From: an uncultured Candidatus Entotheonella sp.
GTDB lineage: Bacteria; Tectomicrobia; Entotheonellia; Entotheonellales; Entotheonellaceae
Assembly: GCA_965215335.1 (NCBI GenBank)
Contig: CBDCDA010000001.1
Coordinates: 1,504,001-1,568,000 of the forward strand
Reading direction: 5' to 3'
DNA length: 64,000 bases
In this document: in pieces, positions 1 to 9,520 of the stretch
Layout: the number at the start of each line of letters is the position of its first letter
How positions within the stretch are numbered: position 1 is the stretch's first letter
Position numbers and translations under genes: made by a program
Notes under the pieces: model-generated
Databases searched by the model: none
What the model was told of the DNA's origin: nothing
What the model saw: the letters and a program-made list of their open reading frames with translations, nothing else

Positions 1-493
1 CGAGTCGATCGGGCAGCAGTGGTTCGGCATCACCGCCTGGGGCCGCTGGCCGCTGACCATTCACTCGGCGGGCTGGGGCCTGATCTTCAACCTCGGTCTG
101 GCCATCCTGATTTCGTTTGCCACGCAGAGCCGCGAGGGCACCGAGCATCGCATGCGCTTCCACACCTTCCTGAAAGAGCACGCCGCCCTGCCCGAGGCCA
201 AGAAGCCCCTGATTCCCTGGGCCTGGGGCATCACGATTGCCTGGTTCTTCTTCGGCATCGGGCCGGGGGCCGTCATCGGCAACACGATTTTCGGCAACCC
301 GAACGATGCCACCACGTGGATATTCGGCATCCCCTCCATCTGGGCCTGGCAAATCCTGTGGTGGGCGCTGGGCGTCGGCATGATGTGGTTCCTGGGCTAC
401 AAGATGCAGATGTCCACGGTGCCGGAACAGGAGGTCGTGGCGCTGGTGGAGGACATCGGCGACGTGAAGGTTCCAGAGGCCACGACGGATTAA
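1..493 (+). CDS. Sodium:solute symporter family protein, C-terminal part (runs off the window start)
   Basis: Frame open from base 2 (ESIGQQWFGITAWGRWPLTIHSAGWGLIFNLG...); several hydrophobic helices; GRWPLTIHSAGWG and GIPSIWAWQILWW segments recalled from SSS-family C-termini. Confidence 0.7.
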   Translation, partial: ESIGQQWFGITAWGRWPLTIHSAGWGLIFNLGLAILISFATQSREGTEHRMRFHTFLKEHAALPEAKKPLIPWAWGITIAWFFFGIGPGAVIGNTIFGNPNDATTWIFGIPSIWAWQILWWALGVGMMWFLGYKMQMSTVPEQEVVALVEDIGDVKVPEATTD

Positions 494-529
494 TCCCGGC
501 GCTGAGCGGTTGGCGAGGGGCGTCGCATC

Positions 530-775
530 ATGGCAGGATGGATCATTGCCTGGTACGGTATTTCGTCGTTTCTGCTCGGCCTGCTGCTCTTCTGGCCCCT
601 CCGCAAGCTCATCTTGGCCCTGAGCATCAACCGCCACCAGCGCCGCATCCAGGCCGACATCGACGATGCGGAGCGGGAACGGCAACGGCAGCGGGTCACC
701 TGGGTCGCCGCTTGCATCGCCATGACGTTCGCTTTCCTGTATAACCACTTCGTCTTCTTCCGGTCGGTCGGCTGA
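530..775 (+). CDS. Small membrane protein (2 TM) of unknown function
   Basis: 81 aa, two hydrophobic helices around a charged helix; 1 nt before next gene. Confidence 0.75.
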   Translation: MAGWIIAWYGISSFLLGLLLFWPLRKLILALSINRHQRRIQADIDDAERERQRQRVTWVAACIAMTFAFLYNHFVFFRSVG

Positions 776-776
776 C

Positions 777-1361
777 ATGCACGCGCTCACCCGCAGGGAG
801 AACCGCGTCGGCCTCCTCCTCCTCCTGCTGTTCGTGGCAATCGTGGCCTTCGTGCTGTACTGGCGCACCTCGGTGGAGGACACGCCGGGCGACTATCACG
901 TCAAGACGGGCAACTACCGCCTGCAGGATGGGCAGTATGACCGGGCCATCGCCGAATTCGAGCTCGCCCTGGAAGCGAATGCCGGCCACCCGCTGGCCTA
1001 CCTCGGTATCGCGCTGGCCCTGATGCACCAAAAACGCTACGAGGCTTCCCTGGAAGCCTTCGACCGCTCCCTGACGCTTGATAATTCCCTGGCCGTGGCC
1101 TATGCCGACCGGGGCATCTTGTATGACCGGATGGGTCAGCACGCCTTGGCACTGCAGGACTACCGCCGTGCCTTGGACCTCGACCCCAAGCTGGCCAACG
1201 GCCCCGGCTGGCTGTGGCGTTTCCTCCGCAACGTATCCGAACGCCCCCCCACCATTGCCGACCGCGCCGCCTACCTCGAAGCCGAACTGCGCAAGGCGCC
1301 CGCAGATCGCCTTCTGAGCCTGCCGGAGATCGACGCGCAGCAGCGCATGTACCCGTACTGA
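777..1361 (+). CDS. Membrane-anchored tetratricopeptide repeat protein
   Basis: N-terminal TM, then TPR motifs (AYLGIALALM..., AYADRGILY...ALQDYRRALDLDP). Confidence 0.85.
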   Translation: MHALTRRENRVGLLLLLLFVAIVAFVLYWRTSVEDTPGDYHVKTGNYRLQDGQYDRAIAEFELALEANAGHPLAYLGIALALMHQKRYEASLEAFDRSLTLDNSLAVAYADRGILYDRMGQHALALQDYRRALDLDPKLANGPGWLWRFLRNVSERPPTIADRAAYLEAELRKAPADRLLSLPEIDAQQRMYPY

Positions 1362-1459
1362 TATGCCGCACGCCGGTGCTTGAGAAAGCCCCTTGACGTG
1401 CTATGCTTCACGCCTGTGGCGTCAGATTGACGATGTTGGTAGATTGTGGCGTGACTCGC

Positions 1460-1544
1460 GCAGGCCGGCTTGGCGCAGCGTAATCCGATCTGCGGCGAGG
1501 AGCGTGATCGGAATGTCGGGTTACGCCTCCGGCCAACCCCCTGC
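1460..1544. repeat. Degenerate REPIN-like inverted pair of GTAG-family REPs
   Basis: GCAGGCCGGCTTGGCGCAGCGTAATCCGAT ... GTCGGGTTACGCCTCCGGCCAACCCCCTGC; arms are inverted relatives. Confidence 0.6.
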
Positions 1545-1567
1545 AGAAGAACGGACAGGAGCATGCC

Positions 1568-2305
1568 ATGATTTCGGATGCGGACGTGAAGGCATTGGTG
1601 CGCGAGCGCTACGCCGAGGTGGCGCAGGCGGCGGGCTGTTGCGCAGACGATAGTTGCGACACGACCACGCAGCTTTACGACGACGAGCAGATCGACGGGC
1701 TGCCGAGCGAGGCGCTGACGGTGTCGGCGGGCTGCGGCAACCCGACCGCCATCGACGAACTCGAATCCGGCGACACGGTGGTGGACTTCGGTAGCGGCGG
1801 CGGCATCGACTGCCTCATTGCGGCCAAGGCGGTGGGCGTGCAGGGCCGCGTCATCGGCGTGGACATGACGCCCGACATGGTAGACCTCGCGCGCCGCAAC
1901 GCGGCCAGCCTCGGCATGACGAACGTGACGTTTCACCTTGCCGAGATGGAAAGCACACCCATCGCCGGTGCCTCGGTGGACGTGATCATCTCGAACTGCG
2001 TCATCAACCTGGCGCCGGACAAGGACGCGGTGTTCCGTGAGGCGTATCGCATCCTGAAGCCGGGAGGCCGGATGTTCATCTCGGACATGCTGCTTGCGGC
2101 GCCGCTGCCGGCTCACGCGACTGCCGACGCGCGCAACTGGGTGACCTGCCTGTCGGGCGCCGAGCCACAAGAGGTCTATCTCGACAGGATGCGGCAGGCG
2201 GGCTTCGAGCGTATGGAGGTCGTGGACGACAGGCCCTGGCAGGGCGAGCAGGAATGGGCGTCGCGCGTCCACAGCATGAACCTCAAGGCGTACAAGCCGT
2301 TATAG
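1568..2305 (+). CDS. arsM: Arsenite S-adenosylmethionine methyltransferase
   Basis: [40 protein letters not shown] and WVTC motifs; GGAG RBS. Confidence 0.85.
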   Translation: MISDADVKALVRERYAEVAQAAGCCADDSCDTTTQLYDDEQIDGLPSEALTVSAGCGNPTAIDELESGDTVVDFGSGGGIDCLIAAKAVGVQGRVIGVDMTPDMVDLARRNAASLGMTNVTFHLAEMESTPIAGASVDVIISNCVINLAPDKDAVFREAYRILKPGGRMFISDMLLAAPLPAHATADARNWVTCLSGAEPQEVYLDRMRQAGFERMEVVDDRPWQGEQEWASRVHSMNLKAYKPL

Positions 2306-2321
2306 ATCTTGAAAAGGGAGT

Positions 2322-3101
2322 ATGAACGTGTCGGAGACCATCCTGTACGAAAAAGAAGACCACCTCGTTACCATCACCTACAATCGCCCCGAGCGGCTCA
2401 ACGCCATCAACGGTCAGATGCGCGCGGAACTGAACGCCGCCTGGTTGCGTTTTCGCGACGACACCGACGCCTGGGTGGCCATCCTGACCGGGGCGGGGCG
2501 GGCCTTCTGCGCCGGTGCCGACATCAAGGAGGGCGGCTCGGCGGGCACCTTCGCGGGCACGTACTGGGAAAAACCCACCATCAACTCGTTCGAGAGCGGC
2601 CTGGAGCTGTTCAAGCCCACCATCGCGGCGATCAACGGCCCGTGCCTCGGCTATGGCGTCACCGGCGTATCGTTCTGCGATTTCGTCATCGCCTCGGAGC
2701 AGGCGACCTTTGGCTTCCCGGAAGTGCGCATCGGCGTGCCCACCATCGTCGGCGCGATTCGCATGCCGGGCCGCATCGGCTGGACCAACGCCATGGAACT
2801 GCTGCTCATCGGCGAGCCCGTGGACGCGGCGCGCGCCAAGGAGATGGGACTGGTGTGGAAGGTGGTACCGCACGACGACCTGCTGAGGGAGGCGAAGGCG
2901 CTGGCCGTTCGGCTCTGCCAATCGGCGCCGCTGGCCGTGCGTGCCACCAAGGAGGTGGCGGTGCGCACCCGCAGCCTGCCGTGGACCGAAGCGGTGCGTT
3001 TTGGCGAAACCATGCGGCTGGTGGCCGGCGAAACCGCTGACGCCAACGAAGGCAGGCAGGCGTTCAGGGAGAAACGCTCCCCGGTCTGGCAGGGCAAGTA
3101 A
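2322..3101 (+). CDS. Enoyl-CoA hydratase/isomerase (crotonase) family protein
   Basis: NRPERLNA, AFCAGAD, KPTIAAING, FGFPE motifs. Confidence 0.92.
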   Translation: MNVSETILYEKEDHLVTITYNRPERLNAINGQMRAELNAAWLRFRDDTDAWVAILTGAGRAFCAGADIKEGGSAGTFAGTYWEKPTINSFESGLELFKPTIAAINGPCLGYGVTGVSFCDFVIASEQATFGFPEVRIGVPTIVGAIRMPGRIGWTNAMELLLIGEPVDAARAKEMGLVWKVVPHDDLLREAKALAVRLCQSAPLAVRATKEVAVRTRSLPWTEAVRFGETMRLVAGETADANEGRQAFREKRSPVWQGK

Positions 3102-3145
3102 ACCGAGCCCGCAAGACGGTGGGCCAAGTCTCACGCCGTGACCCG

Positions 3146-4297
3146 TCAACAGCCCACCAGGGTCTCCGCCACCAGCATATCGACGACGTGCTTCAGCGCC
3201 TCGTGGTCATCGGTGCCCTCGGCGACGGCTTTGTGAAACGTGTCCAGTTGCCAGTGGGCGCTCGTCCCCCGCGCCACGATGGTGCGGGCATGCTCGACTT
3301 CATCCACACAACCGAAATGCTCGGCGTCCTCCCGCACGAACTCGATGATCTCGTCAATGAGGTCGGGGTATGGTACCACCTCGCCGCGCCCGAAGTCGAT
3401 CAGTCCCTCATCGACGCCGAAGCGATGCGCGCGCCAACGGTTCTCCTCGATGAGCAGCCGCGGGTAGCGCCGCCAGCGCTGGTTGCTGCGCCGCAGGCGG
3501 TACAGCAGCCGCAGCCAGCAGCGATACAGCGCCGCGATGCACACCGCGTCCTCGACGCGGGTGCACAGGTCCGGGATGCGCATTTCGAGGGTCGGGAAGC
3601 GCCCGCTGGGCCGCACGTCCCACCACAGCTCGGTACTGTCGCGGATGACGCCGCAGTGCACCAGAACGCCGATGTGGCGTTGAAATTCGCCGTAACTTTC
3701 GAACAACTCCGGCAGCCCGGTGCGTGGCAATTCGTCCCACACCGCGAGGCGATACGACTTCAGCCCGGTATCGTGTCCCTGCCAGAACGGCGACGAGGTG
3801 CTGAGGGCGAGAAAGTGCGGCAGCACGTAGCTCACCTGGCCGATGAAATCGTTGCGCATCTCGTCGCCGTCGAGGCCCACGTGCACGTGCATGCCGCTGA
3901 TCAGCAGGCGCCGCCCTACCTCCTGCATTTGCGCGGTGAGGCTGTCGTAACGTTCCTTGCGGGTGCGCTGAATCTCCAGCGCCTGCGCGAACGGATGGGT
4001 GGAGGCAGCGATGATCTCGAAGCCGTATTCGCGCACCACGTCCGAGACGCCGCGGCGCAGGTGCATGAGTTCATCCCGTCCCTCCTGCACCGTGTTGCAG
4101 ACGCGCGTGCCGATCTCGATCTGGCACTGCATGAGCTCGGTGGTGACCTGTCCGCCGAGCCGCTCGTTGCACGTCTGCATCATGTCCGGTGGCGCCTCGT
4201 GAATGAGGTTGCGCGTCTCGCGGTCGACAACGAGATACTCCTCCTCGATGCCCACGGTGAACGGGATGTCCGGGTAGGATGCAGACTTGCTGCTCAT
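3146..4297 (-). CDS. Carboxylate-amine ligase (YbdK / glutamate-cysteine ligase 2 family)
   Basis: TVGIEEEY, GMHVHVG, ALSTSSPFW, WWDVRP, TLEMRIPD, EENRWRA; start at ATG 4297 after GGAG. Confidence 0.9.
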   Translation of the reverse strand: MSSKSASYPDIPFTVGIEEEYLVVDRETRNLIHEAPPDMMQTCNERLGGQVTTELMQCQIEIGTRVCNTVQEGRDELMHLRRGVSDVVREYGFEIIAASTHPFAQALEIQRTRKERYDSLTAQMQEVGRRLLISGMHVHVGLDGDEMRNDFIGQVSYVLPHFLALSTSSPFWQGHDTGLKSYRLAVWDELPRTGLPELFESYGEFQRHIGVLVHCGVIRDSTELWWDVRPSGRFPTLEMRIPDLCTRVEDAVCIAALYRCWLRLLYRLRRSNQRWRRYPRLLIEENRWRAHRFGVDEGLIDFGRGEVVPYPDLIDEIIEFVREDAEHFGCVDEVEHARTIVARGTSAHWQLDTFHKAVAEGTDDHEALKHVVDMLVAETLVGC

Positions 4298-4313
4298 TCG
4301 ACGTCTCCCTGGA

Positions 4314-5516
4314 TCATGCCGCCGGGGCGTCGCCAAGCGGCGCGCCGACGATGCCCTGGGCGATCAGGTCGTCGATCTGCGCCGCATCGTAGCCGTGTTC
4401 GCGGAGAACGGCCGCCGTGTGCTCGCCGAGGTGCGGGGCGTGCAGCAGGTTGTCGGGATCACAAGGGCCAACGCCGGCCGTGTTGGCCAGCGGCATGGTG
4501 CCGACGTCGGGATGATCGAACCACGTCAGCGCGCCGCTGTCGACGGCCTGCGGGTGCGCCATGAAATCGCTGTACGTGTTGATTCGTTCGTGCAGCAGTC
4601 CGGCGGCCGTCAGGCGTTCGCACCAGGTGTCGGACGACTGCCGGGCGATGGCCTTGCGGATGGCCGGCTCCAACGTGCCGCGCCGCTCCTCGCGCTGCAT
4701 CACCGTCTTGTAATCCGGGTGATCGCGGAACTCGGCCAGGCCGAGGCTGTCGCACAGCACCGGGAAGTTGTGGTCGTGCAGGCAAATGACGTTGATAAAG
4801 CCGTCGGTGGTGGCGAAAATGCCGCTCGGGTAGATGCCCAGCGGACGCTCCGCGCCGAGCAGGTGCTCGCTGGCCAGGCTCATGTTGTAAAACGACGCTG
4901 CGCCGCGCAGCAGGCTGTTGTCGATGTAGCATCCCTCACCCGCGCTCTGCCGCGCCCACAGGGCCGCCTGCACGGCCTGCAGGTTATACAGCGACGTGGC
5001 CAGGTCGACGATCGGCACCCCGGCGCGGTGCGGGATGTTGTCGGAGCCGCGGTTGACCGACATGAACCCCGAAAACGCCTGCAGCACGCCGTCGGTGGCG
5101 GGGCGTTCGCGCAGCGGCCCTGCCTGCCCGAAGCCGGACACGGACAGGTAGATGACGCGCGGGTTGAGGTCGGTAACGACCTTGTAGCCGAGCCCGAGGC
5201 GATCGCTGACGCCAGGGCGGAAGCCTTCCATGAAGATGTCCGCCTCGGCGGCAAGCCGACGCACGATGGCCACGCCCCGGGTGGTTTTCAGGTCCACGAC
5301 GATGCTGCGCTTGCCGAGATTGGCGATCACGAACGACGGCGTCAGGTCGCCGAACGGTCTGTCCTTGCCCTTGGGGCGCATCCAGTCGCCGCGCTGCGGC
5401 TCGACCTTGATCACGTCGGCTCCCTGCTGAGACAGCAGCGCCGAGGCGTAGGGGCCGGCGATGCCCTGGCTCAGGTCGACAACCTTGACGCCGGCGTATG
5501 GCCTGGCATAGCTCAC
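4314..5516 (-). CDS. CoA transferase family III (CaiB/BaiF)
   Basis: KVVDLSQGIAGP, GADVIKVEP, NLGKRS, FRPGV, SGFGQ.GP, APHLGEHT; GTG start after GGAGG. Confidence 0.9.
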   Translation of the reverse strand: MSYARPYAGVKVVDLSQGIAGPYASALLSQQGADVIKVEPQRGDWMRPKGKDRPFGDLTPSFVIANLGKRSIVVDLKTTRGVAIVRRLAAEADIFMEGFRPGVSDRLGLGYKVVTDLNPRVIYLSVSGFGQAGPLRERPATDGVLQAFSGFMSVNRGSDNIPHRAGVPIVDLATSLYNLQAVQAALWARQSAGEGCYIDNSLLRGAASFYNMSLASEHLLGAERPLGIYPSGIFATTDGFINVICLHDHNFPVLCDSLGLAEFRDHPDYKTVMQREERRGTLEPAIRKAIARQSSDTWCERLTAAGLLHERINTYSDFMAHPQAVDSGALTWFDHPDVGTMPLANTAGVGPCDPDNLLHAPHLGEHTAAVLREHGYDAAQIDDLIAQGIVGAPLGDAPAA

Positions 5517-5526
5517 GGGTTCCTCC

Positions 5527-6486
5527 TTACGGCGCCACCTGCGGCAGGATGTCGGCGGCGCAGCGCTCGAGCTGGCCGACCTGGTCCGGGCAGGCGAAGC
5601 GGATGACGATGGTCTGCGCGCCGGCCGCGGCGAAGTCCCGCAGCCAGGCAATGCAGGTGTCGGGCGTGCCGTAGCATATGCTCTGCAGGCGGGCGATCAC
5701 GTCGTAGGGGGCGTTGTAATAGTTCTCGACGAACGTCTTCGTCTCCCGCTCGGCCTGGGTCGCGTCGTCGTTGACGTTCAGGGTGGTATACACGCAGCGG
5801 TGCAGCTCCTGGGGGTCGCGTCCGGCCGCGCGGGCGAAGCCGTCCAGTTGCTGTGACTGCTCGGCGAACACCTGCGGCGACACGGGATTTGGGTACCAGC
5901 CGTCGCCGAGGCGGGCGACGCGGCGCAGGGCGTTGTCGACCGAGCCGGCGATCCACATCGGGATGCCCGAGGCGTTGTACGGGCGCAGGCCGAGGCTGAC
6001 GTCCTGCAGTTGGAAGTGGCGCCCGCTGAAGGTGACGCCGGGCTCGCGCCACAGACGGCGCATGAGGGTCACGGTTTCCTCGAAAATGCCCAGGCGGTGG
6101 TCGATGGAGACACCGCACGCCTCGAATTCGGCGCGCACCGCGGGCATTTTGGCGGCGACGCCGAGACCGAGGATGAGGCGACCTTCGCTGAGCAGATCGA
6201 CGTTGGCGGCTTCGTTGGCCATGACGACCGGATGGCGCAGCGCCGGCAGCAGCACCGCGGTGCCCACTTTGACGCGCCGGGCGCGGGCGGCGACGGCCGC
6301 CAGAGTGGTGAAGGCTTCCAGGCGCGGCCGCGCGAGGATGCTGTCGCCCACCCAGACCGAGTCGAAGTCGAGCGCTTCGGCGCGTTCGGCCAGAGCGACG
6401 ATCCGGCTCACGTCGGGGGTTGCCTGGCTCATGACGAGTTCGCGGGTCGGCAGCAGGAAGCCGTAGGAAACCGCAGAATCGGCCAT
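5527..6486 (-). CDS. Luciferase-like (LLM) flavin-dependent oxidoreductase
   Basis: FDSVWVGDS, LSEGRLILGLG, RVARLGDGW. Confidence 0.9.
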   Translation of the reverse strand: MADSAVSYGFLLPTRELVMSQATPDVSRIVALAERAEALDFDSVWVGDSILARPRLEAFTTLAAVAARARRVKVGTAVLLPALRHPVVMANEAANVDLLSEGRLILGLGVAAKMPAVRAEFEACGVSIDHRLGIFEETVTLMRRLWREPGVTFSGRHFQLQDVSLGLRPYNASGIPMWIAGSVDNALRRVARLGDGWYPNPVSPQVFAEQSQQLDGFARAAGRDPQELHRCVYTTLNVNDDATQAERETKTFVENYYNAPYDVIARLQSICYGTPDTCIAWLRDFAAAGAQTIVIRFACPDQVGQLERCAADILPQVAP

Positions 6487-6667
6487 CCCGATCAATCCTC
6501 CTTTTATGTGGTGTTCATTAAGGAAATCGTGCCGCAGGGACGGGCATGCATCGTAGCAGATTGTCCGCCGTTCCTCCACCGTACCGCTGCCCGGCTATCG
6601 ACTGACCGGGCCCCTGTGATACCATGCCCGCCGACGCCATTGCGCAACCTCTCACCCGGGAGTTTCT

Positions 6668-7651
6668 ATGCAAACCACTCGTTCTGCCGTATGGGCCTTG
6701 GCCGGGGTCGCCGTGGGATTCGGCCTGCCGGTCGTGGCGCTCATCGGCCTCATCATCGCAGTGGGATTCGGCGCCGCGCGACTCACCGGCGACGCCGCGC
6801 CGTCCGCCGCCCGCTACACGCAGATTGCCGGGCCGGAAAACGGGCCGGCGGTGGCCGTGCTGGACGTCGTCGGGCCCATCGTCAGCGGCAGCACGTCGTC
6901 GTTTGAAACCCGCGTCGTGACGGCCTCGGGCGACCTCGTGCCGCTGATCCGTCGCGCCGCCGACAACCCGGACGTCGCCGCGCTGGTGCTACGCCTCAAC
7001 AGCCCCGGCGGCTCGGTCGTCGGCGCGGACGAAATCTACCACGCCCTGCGCGTGACGCAGAAGCCCGTGGTGGCGTTCCTGCGGGAGGTGGCCGCTTCCG
7101 GGGCTTACTACATCAGCATGGTCGCCGGGCACATCGTCGCCAACCCCAGCTCACTCACCGGCTCGATCGGCGTGATCGGCCAGTTTCCCAACGCCGAGGC
7201 GCTGATGGAGAAGATCGGCGTTCAGGTCACCACCATCAAATCCGGCAAGTCCAAGGACATCGGCAACCCATTCCGGGCCATGAGCGACGCGGAGCAGGCC
7301 ATCTTTCAGGGCATCGTGGACGAGACCTACGGACGCTTCGTGGACATTGTGGCGCGCGGCCGCAACCTGCCGGAAGAGCAGGTGAGAAAGCTGGCCGACG
7401 GCCGCATCTATACCGGCCAGAAGGCCCTGGAAGTGGGCCTGGTGGATGCTCTCGGCTACCAGCAGGACGCCCTTGAGGCCGCCGCCCGGCTGGGAGGCAT
7501 TGACGGCGAGCCGCGTGTTTTGCATTATCGCAGGCGGGGCGGCTTCCTCGACCTGATCGGCGCCAGCGACTGGATTGCCGGCGCGGCGGCGCCGCAACGC
7601 TGGCTCCGGCGCCTGCTGGCGCCGTCGCTGGAATACCGCTGGGAGCCTTGA
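6668..7651 (+). CDS. sppA: Signal peptide peptidase SppA (S49, 36K type)
   Basis: N-terminal TM; RLNSPGG, AASGAYY, TGSIGV, SGKSKD, ADGRIYTG. Confidence 0.92.
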   Translation: MQTTRSAVWALAGVAVGFGLPVVALIGLIIAVGFGAARLTGDAAPSAARYTQIAGPENGPAVAVLDVVGPIVSGSTSSFETRVVTASGDLVPLIRRAADNPDVAALVLRLNSPGGSVVGADEIYHALRVTQKPVVAFLREVAASGAYYISMVAGHIVANPSSLTGSIGVIGQFPNAEALMEKIGVQVTTIKSGKSKDIGNPFRAMSDAEQAIFQGIVDETYGRFVDIVARGRNLPEEQVRKLADGRIYTGQKALEVGLVDALGYQQDALEAAARLGGIDGEPRVLHYRRRGGFLDLIGASDWIAGAAAPQRWLRRLLAPSLEYRWEP

Positions 7652-7690
7652 GCCCTTGACATACTCGAAACCCCATGAAGGAGACGGCCC

Positions 7691-9064
7691 ATGACGGCCA
7701 GCAGCAAGCACGACAGGACGATTGAGCAGGAATACGCGGCGCGTTTTCCGCAGTCGCAGCAGTTGCACCGGCAGGCGGCGGCGCACCTGCCCGGCGGCGT
7801 CACGCACATGGCGCGGTCGTTCGAGCCGTTTCCGATCTATGTCGACCGCTGTGTCGGGCCGTACAAGTGGGACGTGGACGGCAACCGCTACATCGACTAC
7901 TGGACCGGCCACGGCGCCATGCTGCTGGGGCACGCCCACCCGGCAGTGGTCGAGGCGATCCAGGAACAGGCGGCCAGGGGCACGCACGCCGGCGGTAGCA
8001 CACGGCGCGAGATCGAGTGGGCGCAGCTGATCATGGACCTGGTGCCCTGCTCCGAGTCGGTGAAATTCACCAGTTCCGGCACCGAGGCGACCCTGCTGGC
8101 CCTGCGCGCGGCGCGGGCGGCAACCGGCAAGAGCAAGGTCATCAAGTTCGAGGGGCATTTTCACGGCTGGCACGACTACGTGGCGTGCGGCGTCGTGGAG
8201 CCGTTCGACGTGCCGCTGTCGGCCGGCGTCCCGGAGGCGGTGCAGGACACGATCATCCTGGTGCCGTTCAACGATCCCGACGCCCTGACCGCCGCGCTGG
8301 ACGCCTCGGACGACATCGCCGCGGTGATCGCCGAGCCGGGCGGCTCCTACGACGACGCGGTGCCCTCCAACCCGGCCTTTCTCGCCCATCTGCGGGCCGA
8401 GACGGCGCGTCGCGGCGTGGTGCTGATCTTCGATGAGGTGGTGACGGGCTTTCGCTACGCGGTCGGCGGCGCGCAGGAGTATTTCGGTATCACGCCGGAC
8501 CTGACGACGTTGGCCAAGGTGATGGCCGGCGGGCTGAACGGCGGCGCGGTGGTGGGGCGCCGGGACGTCATGGCGGTGTTCGAGTCCAAGTCGGACGCGC
8601 ACTGGAACCGCTATCAGATGGTGCCGCATCCGGGAACCTTCAACGCCAATCCGCTGTCCGCCGCGGCCGGCGTGGCGGCCCTCAAGATCATCGCCAGCGG
8701 CGAGCCCACCAATCACGCCCAGGAAATGATGGACCTGATGAAGCGCGGCTTCAACGAGGTGCTCGCCCGTCGCGGCGTGCCGGGCTGCGCCTACGGACGC
8801 GCCTCGATCTTCAAGACGTACATCGGCGCCGAGGCGCCACGCCTCGCCCGCCTCGATTTCAGCAACCTCAAGGACGATACCGCTGCCCTGCTGCGCAGTA
8901 CGCCCCTCACCCCCTTGCTGCGCAAGGGCATGCTGCTCAACGGCGTCGACCTGATGCGCGCCGCCGGCTTCCTCTCCGCCGCCCACACGCCCGACATCGT
9001 CGAGGAAACGGTGCAGGCGTTCGACCGCACCCTGGTCCGCCTGCAGGCGGAGGGCGCGGTGTAG
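7691..9064 (+). CDS. Class III PLP aminotransferase (glutamate-1-semialdehyde aminomutase-like)
   Basis: WDVDGNRYID, SGTEA, FEGHFHGWHD, FDEVVTGFR, LAKVMAGG, GTFNANP. Confidence 0.9.
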   Translation: MTASSKHDRTIEQEYAARFPQSQQLHRQAAAHLPGGVTHMARSFEPFPIYVDRCVGPYKWDVDGNRYIDYWTGHGAMLLGHAHPAVVEAIQEQAARGTHAGGSTRREIEWAQLIMDLVPCSESVKFTSSGTEATLLALRAARAATGKSKVIKFEGHFHGWHDYVACGVVEPFDVPLSAGVPEAVQDTIILVPFNDPDALTAALDASDDIAAVIAEPGGSYDDAVPSNPAFLAHLRAETARRGVVLIFDEVVTGFRYAVGGAQEYFGITPDLTTLAKVMAGGLNGGAVVGRRDVMAVFESKSDAHWNRYQMVPHPGTFNANPLSAAAGVAALKIIASGEPTNHAQEMMDLMKRGFNEVLARRGVPGCAYGRASIFKTYIGAEAPRLARLDFSNLKDDTAALLRSTPLTPLLRKGMLLNGVDLMRAAGFLSAAHTPDIVEETVQAFDRTLVRLQAEGAV

Positions 9065-9108
9065 GCCGGATTGGCGCTGCGCGACGCGCTCTATGAGAAC
9101 CCATCCGG
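9061..9108 (+). repeat. GTAG-family REP remnant overlapping the aminotransferase stop codon
   Basis: GTAGGCCGGATTGGCGC...ATCCGG, similar to the left arm at 1460. Confidence 0.55.
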
Positions 9109-9230
9109 GGCACACATCGGAGGGGCGATTGGGCTGATTTTGCCCGTTTCGGGCAAAAATGGTGGAGTGGATTACACCCTCTTACAAGTCAAGTTCATGC
9201 AGGAGGCCTTCGACGCTCATAGGGATGACT

Positions 9231-9436
9231 TCATGCCTTCAGGGCCTCATCGCGCACGAAGTGCAGGCGAATCAACCCGGGTCGGGCCATCGTTGCATCG
9301 AAGTAGCAGTCAACCGCCTCCTTGACGTCGTAGCGGATTTCTTCCAGCGACTCGCCCTAGGTGTGGATGCCGTAGCTCAGCGCACGGGCCGAATATCCAC
9401 CTCGTCCTCGATGACTTCGAAGATGATCTCGGTCAT
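9231..9436 (-). pseudogene. HicB-like antitoxin pseudogene
   Basis: MTEIIFEVIEDEV[frameshift]YSARALSYGIHT*GESLEEIRYDVKEAVDCYFDATMARPGLIRLHFVRDEALKA*; GGAGG RBS; one frameshift and one internal TAG. Confidence 0.75.
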
Positions 9437-9520
9437 CACGTAACCTCCGGTCTCCCCTTCATAGGCTGCATGCAGAGAACTGACGATGCTGAGCGTGCGC
9501 AACCATTCGACGTACGCGCC

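Noticed and set aside
1568..2305. Selenocysteine recoding in ArsM
   Set aside because: The conserved positions are Cys codons and there is no in-frame TGA
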